A stretch of 64,000 bases of DNA from assembly GCF_026626765.1 (NCBI RefSeq), contig NZ_JAPNJZ010000012.1, positions 77,012-141,011 on the forward strand, in the 5' to 3' direction. The translations under genes and the position numbers were made by a program. Positions 46,768-57,931 of this stretch are shown here, in pieces. This stretch comes from Corallococcus sp. bb12-1. GTDB lineage: Bacteria; Myxococcota; Myxococcia; Myxococcales; Myxococcaceae. Positions within the stretch are counted from its first letter, which is position 1, and each line of letters starts with the position of its first letter. The notes under the pieces are model-generated. The model was not told where the DNA came from. It did not search any database and worked only from the letters and a program-made list of their open reading frames with translations.

Positions 46768-47502
46768 ATGGAGCGGTACGCCGACGACGCGTTCGTGCTG
46801 TCCACGGTCGACTACGGTGAGTCCGACCGGATGGTGACGATGCTGACGCGCGAGCACGGCAAGCTGACCGCGTTCGCCGCGGGAGCGCGCAAAAGCAAGC
46901 GCCGTTTCGCCGGAGCGCTGGAGCCGTTCATGCGGCTGCGCGTCCAGTTGGTGGAGACGCGCGGCAGCACGGTGCGGCTGGACTCCGCGGACATCGTGTC
47001 GGGGTTCTACGCGGCGCGCGAGGACCTGTCGCTCATCGCCCGGGCGCTGTATGCGGTGGAGCTGTGCCGTGAGCTCACGCGTGAGCACGAACCGCACCCG
47101 GAGCTGTTCCTGCTGATGGAGGCCTACCTCCACCGCCTGGATGCGAAGGAGGCGGGGCCCACGTCGCTCCTGGCCTTCGAACTGGCGGCGCTGGCGCAGG
47201 CCGGACTGATGCCCCGCTTCGACTCCTGCGCGCTGTGCGGGGGCGCTCCTGGCGAGCGGCCCCGGTTCGACCAGGGCCACGGCGGCGCGGTGTGCGAGCC
47301 GTGCGGCGGACGGGCTCGCGATTCGGTCGCGGTGCCGGTGGCGTTGCTGACCGGGCTTCGCTCGTTGCAGGAGGGCGGGCGCACTCCGCTGCCCCCCGAC
47401 CTGCGGGCTCGGGCGCGCGGGCTGCTCAACGTCTTCATCGCGCACCATCTAGGCCGGCGGCTCAAGAGCGTGGACTTCATGGCCCAGGTGGGCCTGGACT
47501 GA
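46768..47502 (+). CDS. recO: DNA repair protein RecO
   Basis: N-terminal OB fold (…AFVLSTVDYGESDRMVTMLTREHGKL…) and C-terminal Cys4 zinc motif (CALCGG…CEPCGG). Confidence 0.85.
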   Translation: MERYADDAFVLSTVDYGESDRMVTMLTREHGKLTAFAAGARKSKRRFAGALEPFMRLRVQLVETRGSTVRLDSADIVSGFYAAREDLSLIARALYAVELCRELTREHEPHPELFLLMEAYLHRLDAKEAGPTSLLAFELAALAQAGLMPRFDSCALCGGAPGERPRFDQGHGGAVCEPCGGRARDSVAVPVALLTGLRSLQEGGRTPLPPDLRARARGLLNVFIAHHLGRRLKSVDFMAQVGLD

Positions 47503-47537
47503 AGCGGGAGCCTGCGCGTGCGCGGGCGGGGAGCGTC

Positions 47538-48563
47538 ATGCACGAGACCGGGCCGCTGGACGTGGTGTGTGTCGGCGAGACGCTGGTGGACTTCCTTCCC
47601 GCGTCGGGTGGGGCTTCGCGCGTGCGGGACGTGGACGCATGGAGGCCTTCGACGGGCGGCTCGCCGGCGAACGTCTCCGTGGGGGTTTCGCGCCTGGGGC
47701 TGCGCTCGGCGATGGTGGGCGTGGTGGGCTCGGATGAGTTCGGCCACTTCCTGCGCGACCGGCTGGCGGCGGAGGGCGTGGACGTCAGCCGCCTTCGTCA
47801 GGTGGACCACGCGCGTACGGGACTGCTGTTCGTGTCGCTGGATGCGCGGGGCGAGCGCAGTTTCACGTTCTTCCGCACGCGTTCGGCGGAGTTCCTGCTG
47901 GATGACTCGGACGTGGACGGCGACTTCGTGCGGCGCGCGAAGGTGCTGCACTCCGGCTCCAACTCCCTGGTGCTGCCTGCGGCGCGCGAGGCCGTGGTGC
48001 GCATGCTCACTCTGGCGCGCGAGGCCGGGATGATCGTCAGTTGTGATCCGAACCTGCGGCTCCACGTGTGGCCGGAGCCCGAGGAGCTGCGGGTCCTCCT
48101 GGGACGCATGTTGCCCCTCTGCACGGTGGTGAAGTTGTCGGAGGAGGAGGTGGCCTTCGCGACGGGTGAGCGCACGCCCGAGGAGGCCCTGCGGCACCTG
48201 GACGGGCTGGGTGTGCGGCTGCCGGTGGTGACGCTGGGCGAGCAGGGCGCGGTGTTCCTCTGGCGGGGCGAGGTGGTCCACGTTCCCGCCCCCCGGGTGA
48301 CAGTGGTGGACACGACGGGCGCGGGGGATGGCTTCGTGTCGGCGCTGCTGCATGGGCTGGTGCGCTGGTACGGCGATGCGCGCTCGCTCGCGGACGCGAC
48401 GCGGGAGGAACTGGTCGCGCTGATGACGTTCGCGGCCGACGTGGGCGCCCGGGTGGTGACGAAGCTGGGCGCGGTGGCGGCCCTGCCCCTGGCGTCCGAA
48501 GTGGAGGGCCTGCTGCCCTCGCGTCCCCAGGGCCCGGACGCGGTCCAGCGCGCCGCGCGTTGA
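47538..48563 (+). CDS. PfkB-family carbohydrate/nucleoside kinase
   Basis: VVCVGETLVDFLP N-terminal motif and C-terminal DTTGAGDGFVSALL (ribokinase-family anion hole). Confidence 0.8.
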   Translation: MHETGPLDVVCVGETLVDFLPASGGASRVRDVDAWRPSTGGSPANVSVGVSRLGLRSAMVGVVGSDEFGHFLRDRLAAEGVDVSRLRQVDHARTGLLFVSLDARGERSFTFFRTRSAEFLLDDSDVDGDFVRRAKVLHSGSNSLVLPAAREAVVRMLTLAREAGMIVSCDPNLRLHVWPEPEELRVLLGRMLPLCTVVKLSEEEVAFATGERTPEEALRHLDGLGVRLPVVTLGEQGAVFLWRGEVVHVPAPRVTVVDTTGAGDGFVSALLHGLVRWYGDARSLADATREELVALMTFAADVGARVVTKLGAVAALPLASEVEGLLPSRPQGPDAVQRAAR

Positions 48564-48641
48564 ACCCGGACGCCGTGCCGGGTCAGGCTCCCGTGTTTCA
48601 CTGCGTCCAACGTGGCCCACCATCCCGCCCGGGAGGGACCG

Positions 48642-49934
48642 ATGAGCGACCCGAGACCTGATGCGACGCCCCCCACCTCCGCGAGGGTCCGGGGCCTGGA
48701 GCAGATCGACCGGCTGTCCGTGCCGCTGCCGCACGGCACCGAGGTGACGACGCGCGTGGAGCGCGTGGCGTCCGCCGGGCGCCGCATCCCGCAGGGCGTG
48801 GTGGGCCGCGTCGTGCGCGCGCATGACGGTGGCTTCGATGTGCAGATCGTCGGCGTGGGCGAGGTGTGGTTCGCGCGCGACGAACTGGTGCCCCGGCGCG
48901 TGGGACAGGTCCAGTTCGCCCAGCGGCGCGAGGCGGCCTGGAGCGCGCTGCGACCGTGCGTGGTACTGGAGACGCGCGTGGGCAGCCACGCCTGGGGGCT
49001 CGCGGACGAACGCTCCGACGTGGACGTGCGCGGCGTGTTCGCGCTGCCCCTGCCGTGGACGCTGGGGTTGGGACAGGCGCCGCAGGACCTGGTGAGCGCG
49101 GATGGCAGCACCACGTACTGGGAGGTGCGCAAGACGGTGGAGCAGGCCCTGCGCGCGGATCCGAACACGCTCGAAACGCTGTTCGTCCTCGGTGCGACGG
49201 CGTCGGACGAACTGGGCGAGTGGATGCTCGAAGCGCGCGAGGCGTTCGTCTCCAAGGCCATCTTCGGCAGCTTCGGGCGCTATGCCATGAGCCAGCTCGA
49301 CAAGCTCACGCGCAGCCAGCGGCTGGCCGAGCACCGCGACCTGCTCCTCGCGTGGCTGTGCGAGGACCCCACGCCAGACCTGGACGATGTGGCCCGGAGG
49401 CTGGCCGCCGTGTCGCCCCGGAGCGCGCCCACGCCCGAGGACGGGGTGCTCGCCGCGAAGACGTACGTCAAGCAGCTCTACCGTTCGCTCTGGGACCAGG
49501 GCCTGCTCGCGGCCAACGACTTCGCGGCGCTGACGGCGTACGCGCGCGGTGGCGGCCAGCGCCCTCCGTCCGCTCGGGAGCTGCGGCCGAAGAATGCCTA
49601 CAACCTGCTGCGCCTGGTGGCGCTGGCGACGGGGTGGCTGCGCGACGGGGTTCCTACCTTCGAGGCGACCGGGGCGTTGAAGGCGCGGCTGCTCGACATC
49701 AAGGGCGGGCAGGTGCCGCTGGAAGAGGTTCTGCGCGACGCGGAGGCGATGGCGCCCGCGCTGGAGGTCGCGCACCGCGAGAGCCGACTGCCGGAGCATC
49801 CGGACTACGCTCGCGCGGATCGGCTGTTGCGACGGGTGGGGGACGAGGTGGCCCGGCGCTGGGTGCTGAAGACGCCCGGACCGTTGGGGCGTGACGCGCC
49901 GGAGGCCCCGGCGCTGGAAGGAGGGACGGAATGA
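48642..49934 (+). CDS. Pol-beta-superfamily nucleotidyltransferase (RlaP-like) with about 100-aa N-terminal extension
   Basis: hG[GS]x9-13Dh[DE]h motif VGSHAWGLADERSDVDVRGVF. 430 aa. The N-terminal extension has a small beta-rich segment (…VVGRVVRAHDGGFDVQIVGVGEVWFARDELVP). Confidence 0.7.
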   Translation: MSDPRPDATPPTSARVRGLEQIDRLSVPLPHGTEVTTRVERVASAGRRIPQGVVGRVVRAHDGGFDVQIVGVGEVWFARDELVPRRVGQVQFAQRREAAWSALRPCVVLETRVGSHAWGLADERSDVDVRGVFALPLPWTLGLGQAPQDLVSADGSTTYWEVRKTVEQALRADPNTLETLFVLGATASDELGEWMLEAREAFVSKAIFGSFGRYAMSQLDKLTRSQRLAEHRDLLLAWLCEDPTPDLDDVARRLAAVSPRSAPTPEDGVLAAKTYVKQLYRSLWDQGLLAANDFAALTAYARGGGQRPPSARELRPKNAYNLLRLVALATGWLRDGVPTFEATGALKARLLDIKGGQVPLEEVLRDAEAMAPALEVAHRESRLPEHPDYARADRLLRRVGDEVARRWVLKTPGPLGRDAPEAPALEGGTE

Positions 49935-50719
49935 AGGGCACGATGACGGAGCATCAGCAGCGGATGGCGGACCGGGTGCTGGATGAGGAATCGCGCAGGC
50001 GCGAGCACCTGGTGGTCTCGCTCTCCGGCGCGCATGCGTACGGTTTTCCCTCGCCGGACAGCGACCTGGATCTCAAGTCCATCCACATCGCGTCCACCAG
50101 CGCGCTCCTGGGCCTCCAGCCCCGCCAAGTGAACGCCGAACGGCTGGAGGTGCTGGAGGGCGTGGAGGTGGACTACTCGTCCAACGAGCTGCAGCCCGTG
50201 CTGCTCGGCATCCTCCAGGGCAACGGCAACTACATCGAGCGGGTGCTGGGGGCCATCCCCGTGCGCGCCCTCCCGGAACTGGAGGCCCTGCGTCCCCACG
50301 TGCGGGCCGTGCTGTCGCGCCGCATCCACCGGCACTACCGGGGCTTCGCGCAGGGCCAGCTCCGCGAGTGGGAGAAGAGTGGCTTCCGCTCCGCGAAGAA
50401 GCTGCTGTACGTGCTGCGGACCACGCTCACCGGGACGCATGCGCTGCGCACGGGCGAGGTGGAGACGGACGTCACCGTCCTGCTGGAGCCGTACGGCTTC
50501 GGCGATGCCCATGCGCTGGTGGAACAGAAGCTCCGGGGCGAGCGCAGTGAGCTGCCCGCTGAACTCAGCGAGCGGTGGCAGGGCGAGGTGAAGCGGGCCT
50601 TCGAGGTGCTCGACGCGGCGGACGTGGACTCCCAGCTCCCCCTGGAGCCTCCGGCCCTGGCCGTGGCCGCGCTCGAAGGGTGGATGCTCGACGTGCGGCG
50701 ACAGCGGTTCGGCGCCTAA
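49931..50719 (+). CDS. Pol-beta-superfamily nucleotidyltransferase (RlaP-like), canonical length
   Basis: LSGAHAYGFPSPDSDLDLKSI motif. 262 aa. ATGA overlap with the upstream paralog indicates translational coupling. Confidence 0.7.
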   Translation: MKGTMTEHQQRMADRVLDEESRRREHLVVSLSGAHAYGFPSPDSDLDLKSIHIASTSALLGLQPRQVNAERLEVLEGVEVDYSSNELQPVLLGILQGNGNYIERVLGAIPVRALPELEALRPHVRAVLSRRIHRHYRGFAQGQLREWEKSGFRSAKKLLYVLRTTLTGTHALRTGEVETDVTVLLEPYGFGDAHALVEQKLRGERSELPAELSERWQGEVKRAFEVLDAADVDSQLPLEPPALAVAALEGWMLDVRRQRFGA

Positions 50720-50823
50720 GCCGCTTTCCCGGCCCTCCGGGACGGCCCGTCCGGAGCAGGACCGCTTGTCGGTGAAGACGATCATCGACCTGGGAAGGTC
50801 CGACAGGTAACATCCACCGGGCC

Positions 50824-53058
50824 ATGAGCATGCAGGGTGGCGCCGGAGAAGATCCCGACCGGGGGCGGCGCATCGGAAAATACGAGATCCTCACCCGCCT
50901 CTCGATGGGAGGGATGGCGGAGCTGTTCCTCGCGTTCACCTCCGGCCCCGGTGGCTTCCGCAAGTTCGTCGCGGTGAAGCAGATCCTCCCCGACATCAAG
51001 AAGGACGACCAGTTCGTCAAGATGTTCCTCGACGAGGCGCGCATCACCGCCGCCTTCTCGCACGCGAACATCGGACAGGTGTTCGACCTGGGGGAGGAGG
51101 ACGGCGAGCTGTACCTCGCCATGGAGTTCCTGCCCGGCCAGAACCTGGAGCAGGTGGTGAAGATGGCGGCCAAGCGCGACTACGCGCTGCCGCTGGGCTT
51201 CAGCGCCCGCGTGGTGCGCGACACCTGCCTGGGCCTGCACTACGCCCACCACTTCATGGATCCGTCGGGCCGCCCGGTGGCGGTGGTGCACCGGGACGTG
51301 TCTCCGAAGAACGTGATGATCACCTACGACGGCGTCGTGAAGGTGATCGACTTCGGCATCGCCAAGGCGCGTGGCAAGCTGGGCCGTACGCAGGTGGGCA
51401 CCGTGAAGGGGACCAGTGGCTACATGTCCCCGGAGCAGGTGCGCGACAAGGGGCTGGACGGCCGCAGCGACCAGTTCTCCACGGGCGTGATGCTGCACGA
51501 GCTGATGGTCGGGCAGCGCCTGTTCAACGCGCCGGGCGAGGCCGCCGTGATGATGCAGATCGTGGACGGGGAGATTCCCGTGCCGCGCTCGCTCAACGCG
51601 GCGATCCCCGAGGCCCTGGAAACCGTGGTGCTCAAGTCCCTGTCGCGGGATGCCGCGCAGCGCTTCGGCACCTGCCGCGAGATGGCGCGCGCCATCGAAG
51701 CCTCGCTGGGCTCCGAGCTGTACGACGAAGACCAGATGACCGCCGTCATGGGCGAGCTCTTCGAGGAGAAGCGCCAGAAGACGCGCACCCTCCTGGAACT
51801 GGCCAGCCGCGCCGAGGACGCCCGCGTCAGCGAGGCCGCCGGGGCGCTGCAGGTGGAGGAGGGCGGCGACACGGCCACCGCGCGGGTGCAGTCGCCGCAC
51901 GCGGGGGCCTCGGCTGAGAACGCCGCGCCGTCGTTCCGACCCACGCCCGTCCGGCGCACGAGCGCCGAGCCGACGACCCCGCCGCGTGCGGGTGCGACCC
52001 CGCGTCCCGCCACCGAGGCCGCGGCCCCGCGCAGCGACACGCCTCCGATGACGCCGCGAGCGCAGCGGCCCGCCGACGCCGCGTCCGCTCGCCCGATCCG
52101 TCCTCCTGCCGACGCCGCCCGGGCGAACCGGCCCCGTCCCGTCGCCCGCCCGGAGGCTTCCGAGGCCCGGGCCACGCCTCCCGACGACGCGCTGCTGGAT
52201 CCGCCCAGCGACCTCCAGACCCAGCGCTTCCGCACCCGGCCCGGGCGCTCCGGTGCGGGGCCCGCGCGGCCCTCCCGTTCGGTAGATGAGCCGGCGGAGA
52301 CGCCCCCGGCTCGCGAGCGTTCCGGCTGGCTGGGCAAGGTGGTGCTGCTCCTCGTCCTGGGCGGCGTGGGCTATCTGGCGACGCTCGAACCGGTGCGACG
52401 GCTGTTCATGCCGGCGTACGAGTCCGCCCGCCTGTGGGTGAAGGCGGAGCTGGATCCGGCCCCGAACGTGGACCCCGCGAAGGATGGGACCTGGCCGCCG
52501 AAGCCCTCCGGGCCTCCGCCGGGTTTCGTGCAGAAGACCGAGCCCGAGAAGGCACCCGAAGTCGAAGCGCCTCCTCCCGAACCGGTCGTGGAGGCTCCGC
52601 CTCCCGAAGAGCCCAAGACGCCCGTCGCCAAGGGCGGACGCAAGCCGAAGGTGACCGCTCCGGCGGAGAAGATTGTCGCGGCGAAGACGGAGACCCCGGC
52701 CCCGAAGCCCGCGCCGGAGCCCTCGCAGCGCGCGCCGGAGCCCGTCACCACCGTCACGCAGACGCCGGAGGTCGCGGAGGTGCTGGACACGAGCACCGCC
52801 AAGGGCGCCAAGAAGGCCGGCCTGGGCTGGCTGACGCTCTACACCGTGCCGAAGAACGCGGCCGTGTTCGACGGTTCAACGCAGCTGGGCACCTCTCCGC
52901 TGATCAAGCTGGCGACCCCCGTGGGCACCTACCGCCTGCGCGTGGTGGATCCCCAGGACCCGGGAGGGACGAGCAAGCTGTTGTCCGTTCCCATCCGTCC
53001 GGGCGAAGTGACCCGGTTGCAGATTCGACTGGCCGACCTCCCGCCCTACACGGAGTGA
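50824..53058 (+). CDS. Serine/threonine protein kinase (Hanks type) with Pro/Ala-rich linker and C-terminal PEGA domain
   Basis: VAVK, HRDVSPKN, DFGIAK and GTSGYMSPE motifs. A low-complexity linker of roughly 300 aa. C-terminal …LTLYTVPKNAAVFDGSTQLGTSPL…GTYRLRVV. Confidence 0.9.
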   Translation: MSMQGGAGEDPDRGRRIGKYEILTRLSMGGMAELFLAFTSGPGGFRKFVAVKQILPDIKKDDQFVKMFLDEARITAAFSHANIGQVFDLGEEDGELYLAMEFLPGQNLEQVVKMAAKRDYALPLGFSARVVRDTCLGLHYAHHFMDPSGRPVAVVHRDVSPKNVMITYDGVVKVIDFGIAKARGKLGRTQVGTVKGTSGYMSPEQVRDKGLDGRSDQFSTGVMLHELMVGQRLFNAPGEAAVMMQIVDGEIPVPRSLNAAIPEALETVVLKSLSRDAAQRFGTCREMARAIEASLGSELYDEDQMTAVMGELFEEKRQKTRTLLELASRAEDARVSEAAGALQVEEGGDTATARVQSPHAGASAENAAPSFRPTPVRRTSAEPTTPPRAGATPRPATEAAAPRSDTPPMTPRAQRPADAASARPIRPPADAARANRPRPVARPEASEARATPPDDALLDPPSDLQTQRFRTRPGRSGAGPARPSRSVDEPAETPPARERSGWLGKVVLLLVLGGVGYLATLEPVRRLFMPAYESARLWVKAELDPAPNVDPAKDGTWPPKPSGPPPGFVQKTEPEKAPEVEAPPPEPVVEAPPPEEPKTPVAKGGRKPKVTAPAEKIVAAKTETPAPKPAPEPSQRAPEPVTTVTQTPEVAEVLDTSTAKGAKKAGLGWLTLYTVPKNAAVFDGSTQLGTSPLIKLATPVGTYRLRVVDPQDPGGTSKLLSVPIRPGEVTRLQIRLADLPPYTE

Positions 53059-53142
53059 CGGCCGTCCTTGACGCTCCTGGACCCCCTCACTAGGGTCCGC
53101 CGCGTTTCGCCTTCGACGCACTGCGAGAAGGACTCGCCATCC

Positions 53143-54124
<982 letters not shown>

Positions 54125-54135
<11 letters not shown>

Positions 54136-56233
54136 TCTGCTCCTGGAAATCGGTGCCGAGGAGATCCCGGCGTCGTTCATCGTGCCCGCGCTGGACGACT
54201 TGAAGCGCGTGCTCACCGAGCGCATGGCCGACGCCCGCCTGAAGCACGGCGAGGTGCGCACCTTCGGCACGCCGCGCCGGCTCGCGGTGTGGGTGCGCGA
54301 CGTGGCGGACGCGGGCGAGGACGTGACGAAGGAGGTGCTGGGGCCCAGCGCCAAGGCCGCCTTCGACGCGCAGGGCAAGGCGACCAAGGCCGCGGAGAAG
54401 TTCGCGGAGAGCCTCAAACTGTCGGTGGACGCGCTGGGCCGCACGACGACGCCCAAGGGCGAATACGTGTCCGCGCGCGTGGAGGAGAAGGGCCGTCCGG
54501 CGGACGCCATCCTCCAGGACGCGCTGCACTCCGCGGTGCACGGCATCAACTTCAAGAAGTCCATGCGCTGGGGCGACGTGGACATGTCCTTCGCGCGCCC
54601 GGTGCAGTGGCTGCTGGCGCTCCTGGGCGACACGGAGCTGCCGGTGGTGTTCGGCGACGTGAAGAGCGGGCGGACCACCTACGGCCACCGCTTTCTTTCG
54701 CCCGGCCCCATCACGCTGAAGGCGCCCGCGGACTACGAGGCGACGCTGGAGAAGGCGCACGTGCTGGCGGACATCGGCAAGCGCCGCGCGTCGCTCGTGC
54801 AGAAGGTGACCGCCGCGGCGAAGGCGGCGGGTGGCCAGCTCCTGGAGGACGAGGGCCTGGTGGACCAGGTGACGAACCTGGTGGAGCTGCCGAGCCCCGT
54901 GGTGGGCCGCTTCGACGAGCGCCACCTGGACCTGCCGCCGGAGGTGCTGGTGCAGGAGATGAAGAGCCACCAGCGCTACTTCTCGCTGGTGGACGCTCAG
55001 GGCAAGCTCCTGCCGCGCTTCATCGCCGTGTCCAACACGCCGGTGCGCGACGAGCAGTTGTCGCTGCGCGGCTACGAGCGCGTGCTACGCGCGCGGCTCG
55101 CGGACGGGCGCTTCTTCTTCGACGAGGACCGCAAGACGCCGCTGGGCGACCGCGTGGAGAAGCTGGGCCGCGTGGTGTGGCAGAACCAGTTGGGCACGTA
55201 CCTGGAGAAGGTGGAGCGCTTCCGCTCGCTGGCGGGCTGGCTCGCGCAGGCCACGGACAGGGCAGGGGAGGCGGCCACGGTGGAGCGCGCCGCCACGCTG
55301 TCCAAGGCGGACCTCGTCACCGGCATGGTGGGCGAGTTCCCGGAGCTCCAGGGCGTGATGGGCCGCGAGTATGCGAAGGCCGGCGGCGAGCCGGACGCGG
55401 TGGCCCTGGCCATCTCCGAGCACTACCTGCCCCGTGGTGCCGAGGACGCGCTGCCGACGCAGGACGCGGGCGCGCTCATCGGCCTCGCGGACCGGCTGGA
55501 CTCGCTGTGCGGCATCTTCGCCATCGGCAAGGCCCCGTCGGGCGCGGCGGATCCGTTCGCGCTGCGCCGGGCGTGCCTGGCCATCATCCGCATCGTGCTG
55601 GGACGGGGCTACCGCTTCAGCCTGTCGGCCGCGGTGGATGAGGCCCTGGGCCTGCTCGCGCCGAAGCTGGCCAACGTGAAGCGCAAGCCGGGAGAGGCCG
55701 CGCCGCGCGAACAGGTGCTGGAGTTCTTCCGCGGCCGTCTCAAGGCGCTGTGGGGAGAAGAGCACCGCACGGACGTGGTGGAGGCGGTGCTGGCCGTGGG
55801 CTTCGACGACCTCGTGGCGGCGAAGAAGCGCCTGGAGGCCCTGAGCCTGCTCGTGGGCCATGCGGACTTCCAGCCGCTGGCGGCCGCCTTCAAGCGCGTG
55901 GTCAACATCGTGGAGAAGCAGGGCAAGGACGTGGCGGGCGGGCAGACCAACCCGCAGCGCTTCACCGACGAGCCGGAGAAGAACCTCCACACCGCCTTTA
56001 CCCAGGCGCGTGACAAGGTGGGCGTGCACGTGCGCGCGGACGACTTCGCCGGGGCCCTGCGCGAAATCACCGGCCTGAAGCCCGCCGTGGACACCTTCTT
56101 CGACAAGGTGATGGTGATGGCCGAGGACAAGGACCTGCGGGAAAACCGCATCCGGTTCCTCACGGAGATCGGCGCCCTGTTCAACCAGGTGGCGGACTTC
56201 TCCAAAATCCAGGCGGAAGTCGCCGCCGCCTGA
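54125..56233 (+). CDS. glyS: Glycine--tRNA ligase beta subunit
   Basis: 702 aa, GTG start overlapping glyQ by 11 nt. Colinear with GlyS. Confidence 0.9.
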
Positions 56234-56395
56234 AGCTTTACCGCCGGAGCGTGCCCGTTCCCTCGCCAAGGGAGCGGCACGCGTTTCCGGGCTTTGCGGC
56301 GTGGGTGGGTGTCGTCGGGAGGGCGAACGGGAATAGCGACAGCCCTATTCAGTTGCCCGGGGTAGGGCCCCGTTCCTACACTCCGCCCCCCTCTG

Positions 56396-57931
56396 ATGCG
56401 CCTCCCTTTCCTGACCCCCGCGCTGTTGCTCCTCGCGGCGTGTTCGATCGAATCTGAACCGAACCCGCCCCCGTCCACCCGCTTCGTGTACCCCAGCGGG
56501 GTGGCGTTCTGGCGCCCACCCGCGGCTGGCGGTCCCTCGGCGAGCAACGGCTACCTCTTCGTCGCGAACGCGAACTTCGACAACTGCTACGACTCCGGTT
56601 CGGTGGTGGCGCTCAACCTGGACGCGCTGAGCACGCAGGCGGATGGCCAGTCCGTCCCGGTGCCCAGGCTGGGGACCGCCGTGCCAGCAAGCCCGCTTGT
56701 CTTCGAGTCCCTGTCTGCGTCGGCGGACTCGCTCGTGCAGATCCGCAGCTTCGCGGGTGACATGGGGATGTGGGTCAACCCGGCCAGCGGACTGCCGCGC
56801 CTGTTCGTGCCTTCGCGCGCGGAGGGCAACAACCTGTACGCGGTGGACGTCAGCCTGTCGGCGGATGGCGCGCCGGTGCTCAACTGCGTGCAGGGCGGCG
56901 TGGACTGCCAGACGGGGGCGCTGTCGCTCACGGACGACATCCCGGCGTCGCTCCAGGACTCGGGCCGTCCGGGCCTGCCCCGCGCGCCGTCACCCATTGG
57001 CGTGACGGTGGATGACGCGAACGGCACGCTGTACGTGACGCACTCGGAGGCGGCGGATTCGCCCGCGAACTCCAGCACCAACTTCGAGAACTATCTGGTC
57101 ACCCTGAAGGCGGAGAACCCCACGCGCGACACGCTGGGCTTCATCCCGCTGTCGCCGGAGGGCTACATCTACGGCGGCTCGGATTCGACGACGGTGGGGA
57201 CCGGTTACCTCTTCGTGTCGGGCCGCAACTTCGTGGCGGGCGACAGCGGCACGGTGGGCGCGAACTTCGTCCTGCGGCTGGTGGACAAGAACGTGCCCGA
57301 GCGCATCCTGGAGCCCCGCCTGTCCCTGGCCTACCGCATCCGCGAGGCGCGCGCGGTCCGGGTGGTGTCCCGGCCGGTGACGGCGGCGGAGCTCGCGGTC
57401 CGTCCCTACTTCGTGCGCGAGCGGCTGTACGTGCTGGCGCGGGGCCCGGACACGATGCTCACGATCGACTTCGAATACGACGCACCGCCGGGCGAGCAGT
57501 CCACGGACCCGTCGTTCCGGGTCATCTCCGCGGTGCCCATGCCCGACGGCGTCAGCGACATGCAGCTCATCCGCCGGCAGGGCGCGCCGACCAGCACCGA
57601 CACCAACATCCTCGCGGTGACGAGCACCGGCGACAGCGCGGTGTCCCTCTACGACGAGGCGCTCGGCCAGGTCGTCGTCCAGGTGCCGCTCGTCAATTCG
57701 CAGAACCAGACCAGCAACCCGTCGCAGGCCTTCGCGGTGACGGTGGACAACCCGGCCGGCGTGAACGCGGCGCGGCTGTTCGTGACCAACTTCGGAGACG
57801 GGCAGGTGGCCATCGTGGACATCCCCGACCTCACCCGTCCGCAGGACGCGCGGCTGGTGGCACGACTCGGCACGCAGCAGCAGCGGGATCCGAACCAGGG
57901 CACCAGCGTGTGCCAGGAGAACCAACCTTGA
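56396..57931 (+). CDS. Hypothetical lipoprotein, beta-propeller-like repeats
   Basis: Lipobox LLLAACS. Repeated blade-like segments (YLFVANANFD…GSVVALNL; LYAVDVS; LYVTHSE; LFVTNFGDGQVAIVDI). Confidence 0.65.
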   Translation: MRLPFLTPALLLLAACSIESEPNPPPSTRFVYPSGVAFWRPPAAGGPSASNGYLFVANANFDNCYDSGSVVALNLDALSTQADGQSVPVPRLGTAVPASPLVFESLSASADSLVQIRSFAGDMGMWVNPASGLPRLFVPSRAEGNNLYAVDVSLSADGAPVLNCVQGGVDCQTGALSLTDDIPASLQDSGRPGLPRAPSPIGVTVDDANGTLYVTHSEAADSPANSSTNFENYLVTLKAENPTRDTLGFIPLSPEGYIYGGSDSTTVGTGYLFVSGRNFVAGDSGTVGANFVLRLVDKNVPERILEPRLSLAYRIREARAVRVVSRPVTAAELAVRPYFVRERLYVLARGPDTMLTIDFEYDAPPGEQSTDPSFRVISAVPMPDGVSDMQLIRRQGAPTSTDTNILAVTSTGDSAVSLYDEALGQVVVQVPLVNSQNQTSNPSQAFAVTVDNPAGVNAARLFVTNFGDGQVAIVDIPDLTRPQDARLVARLGTQQQRDPNQGTSVCQENQP

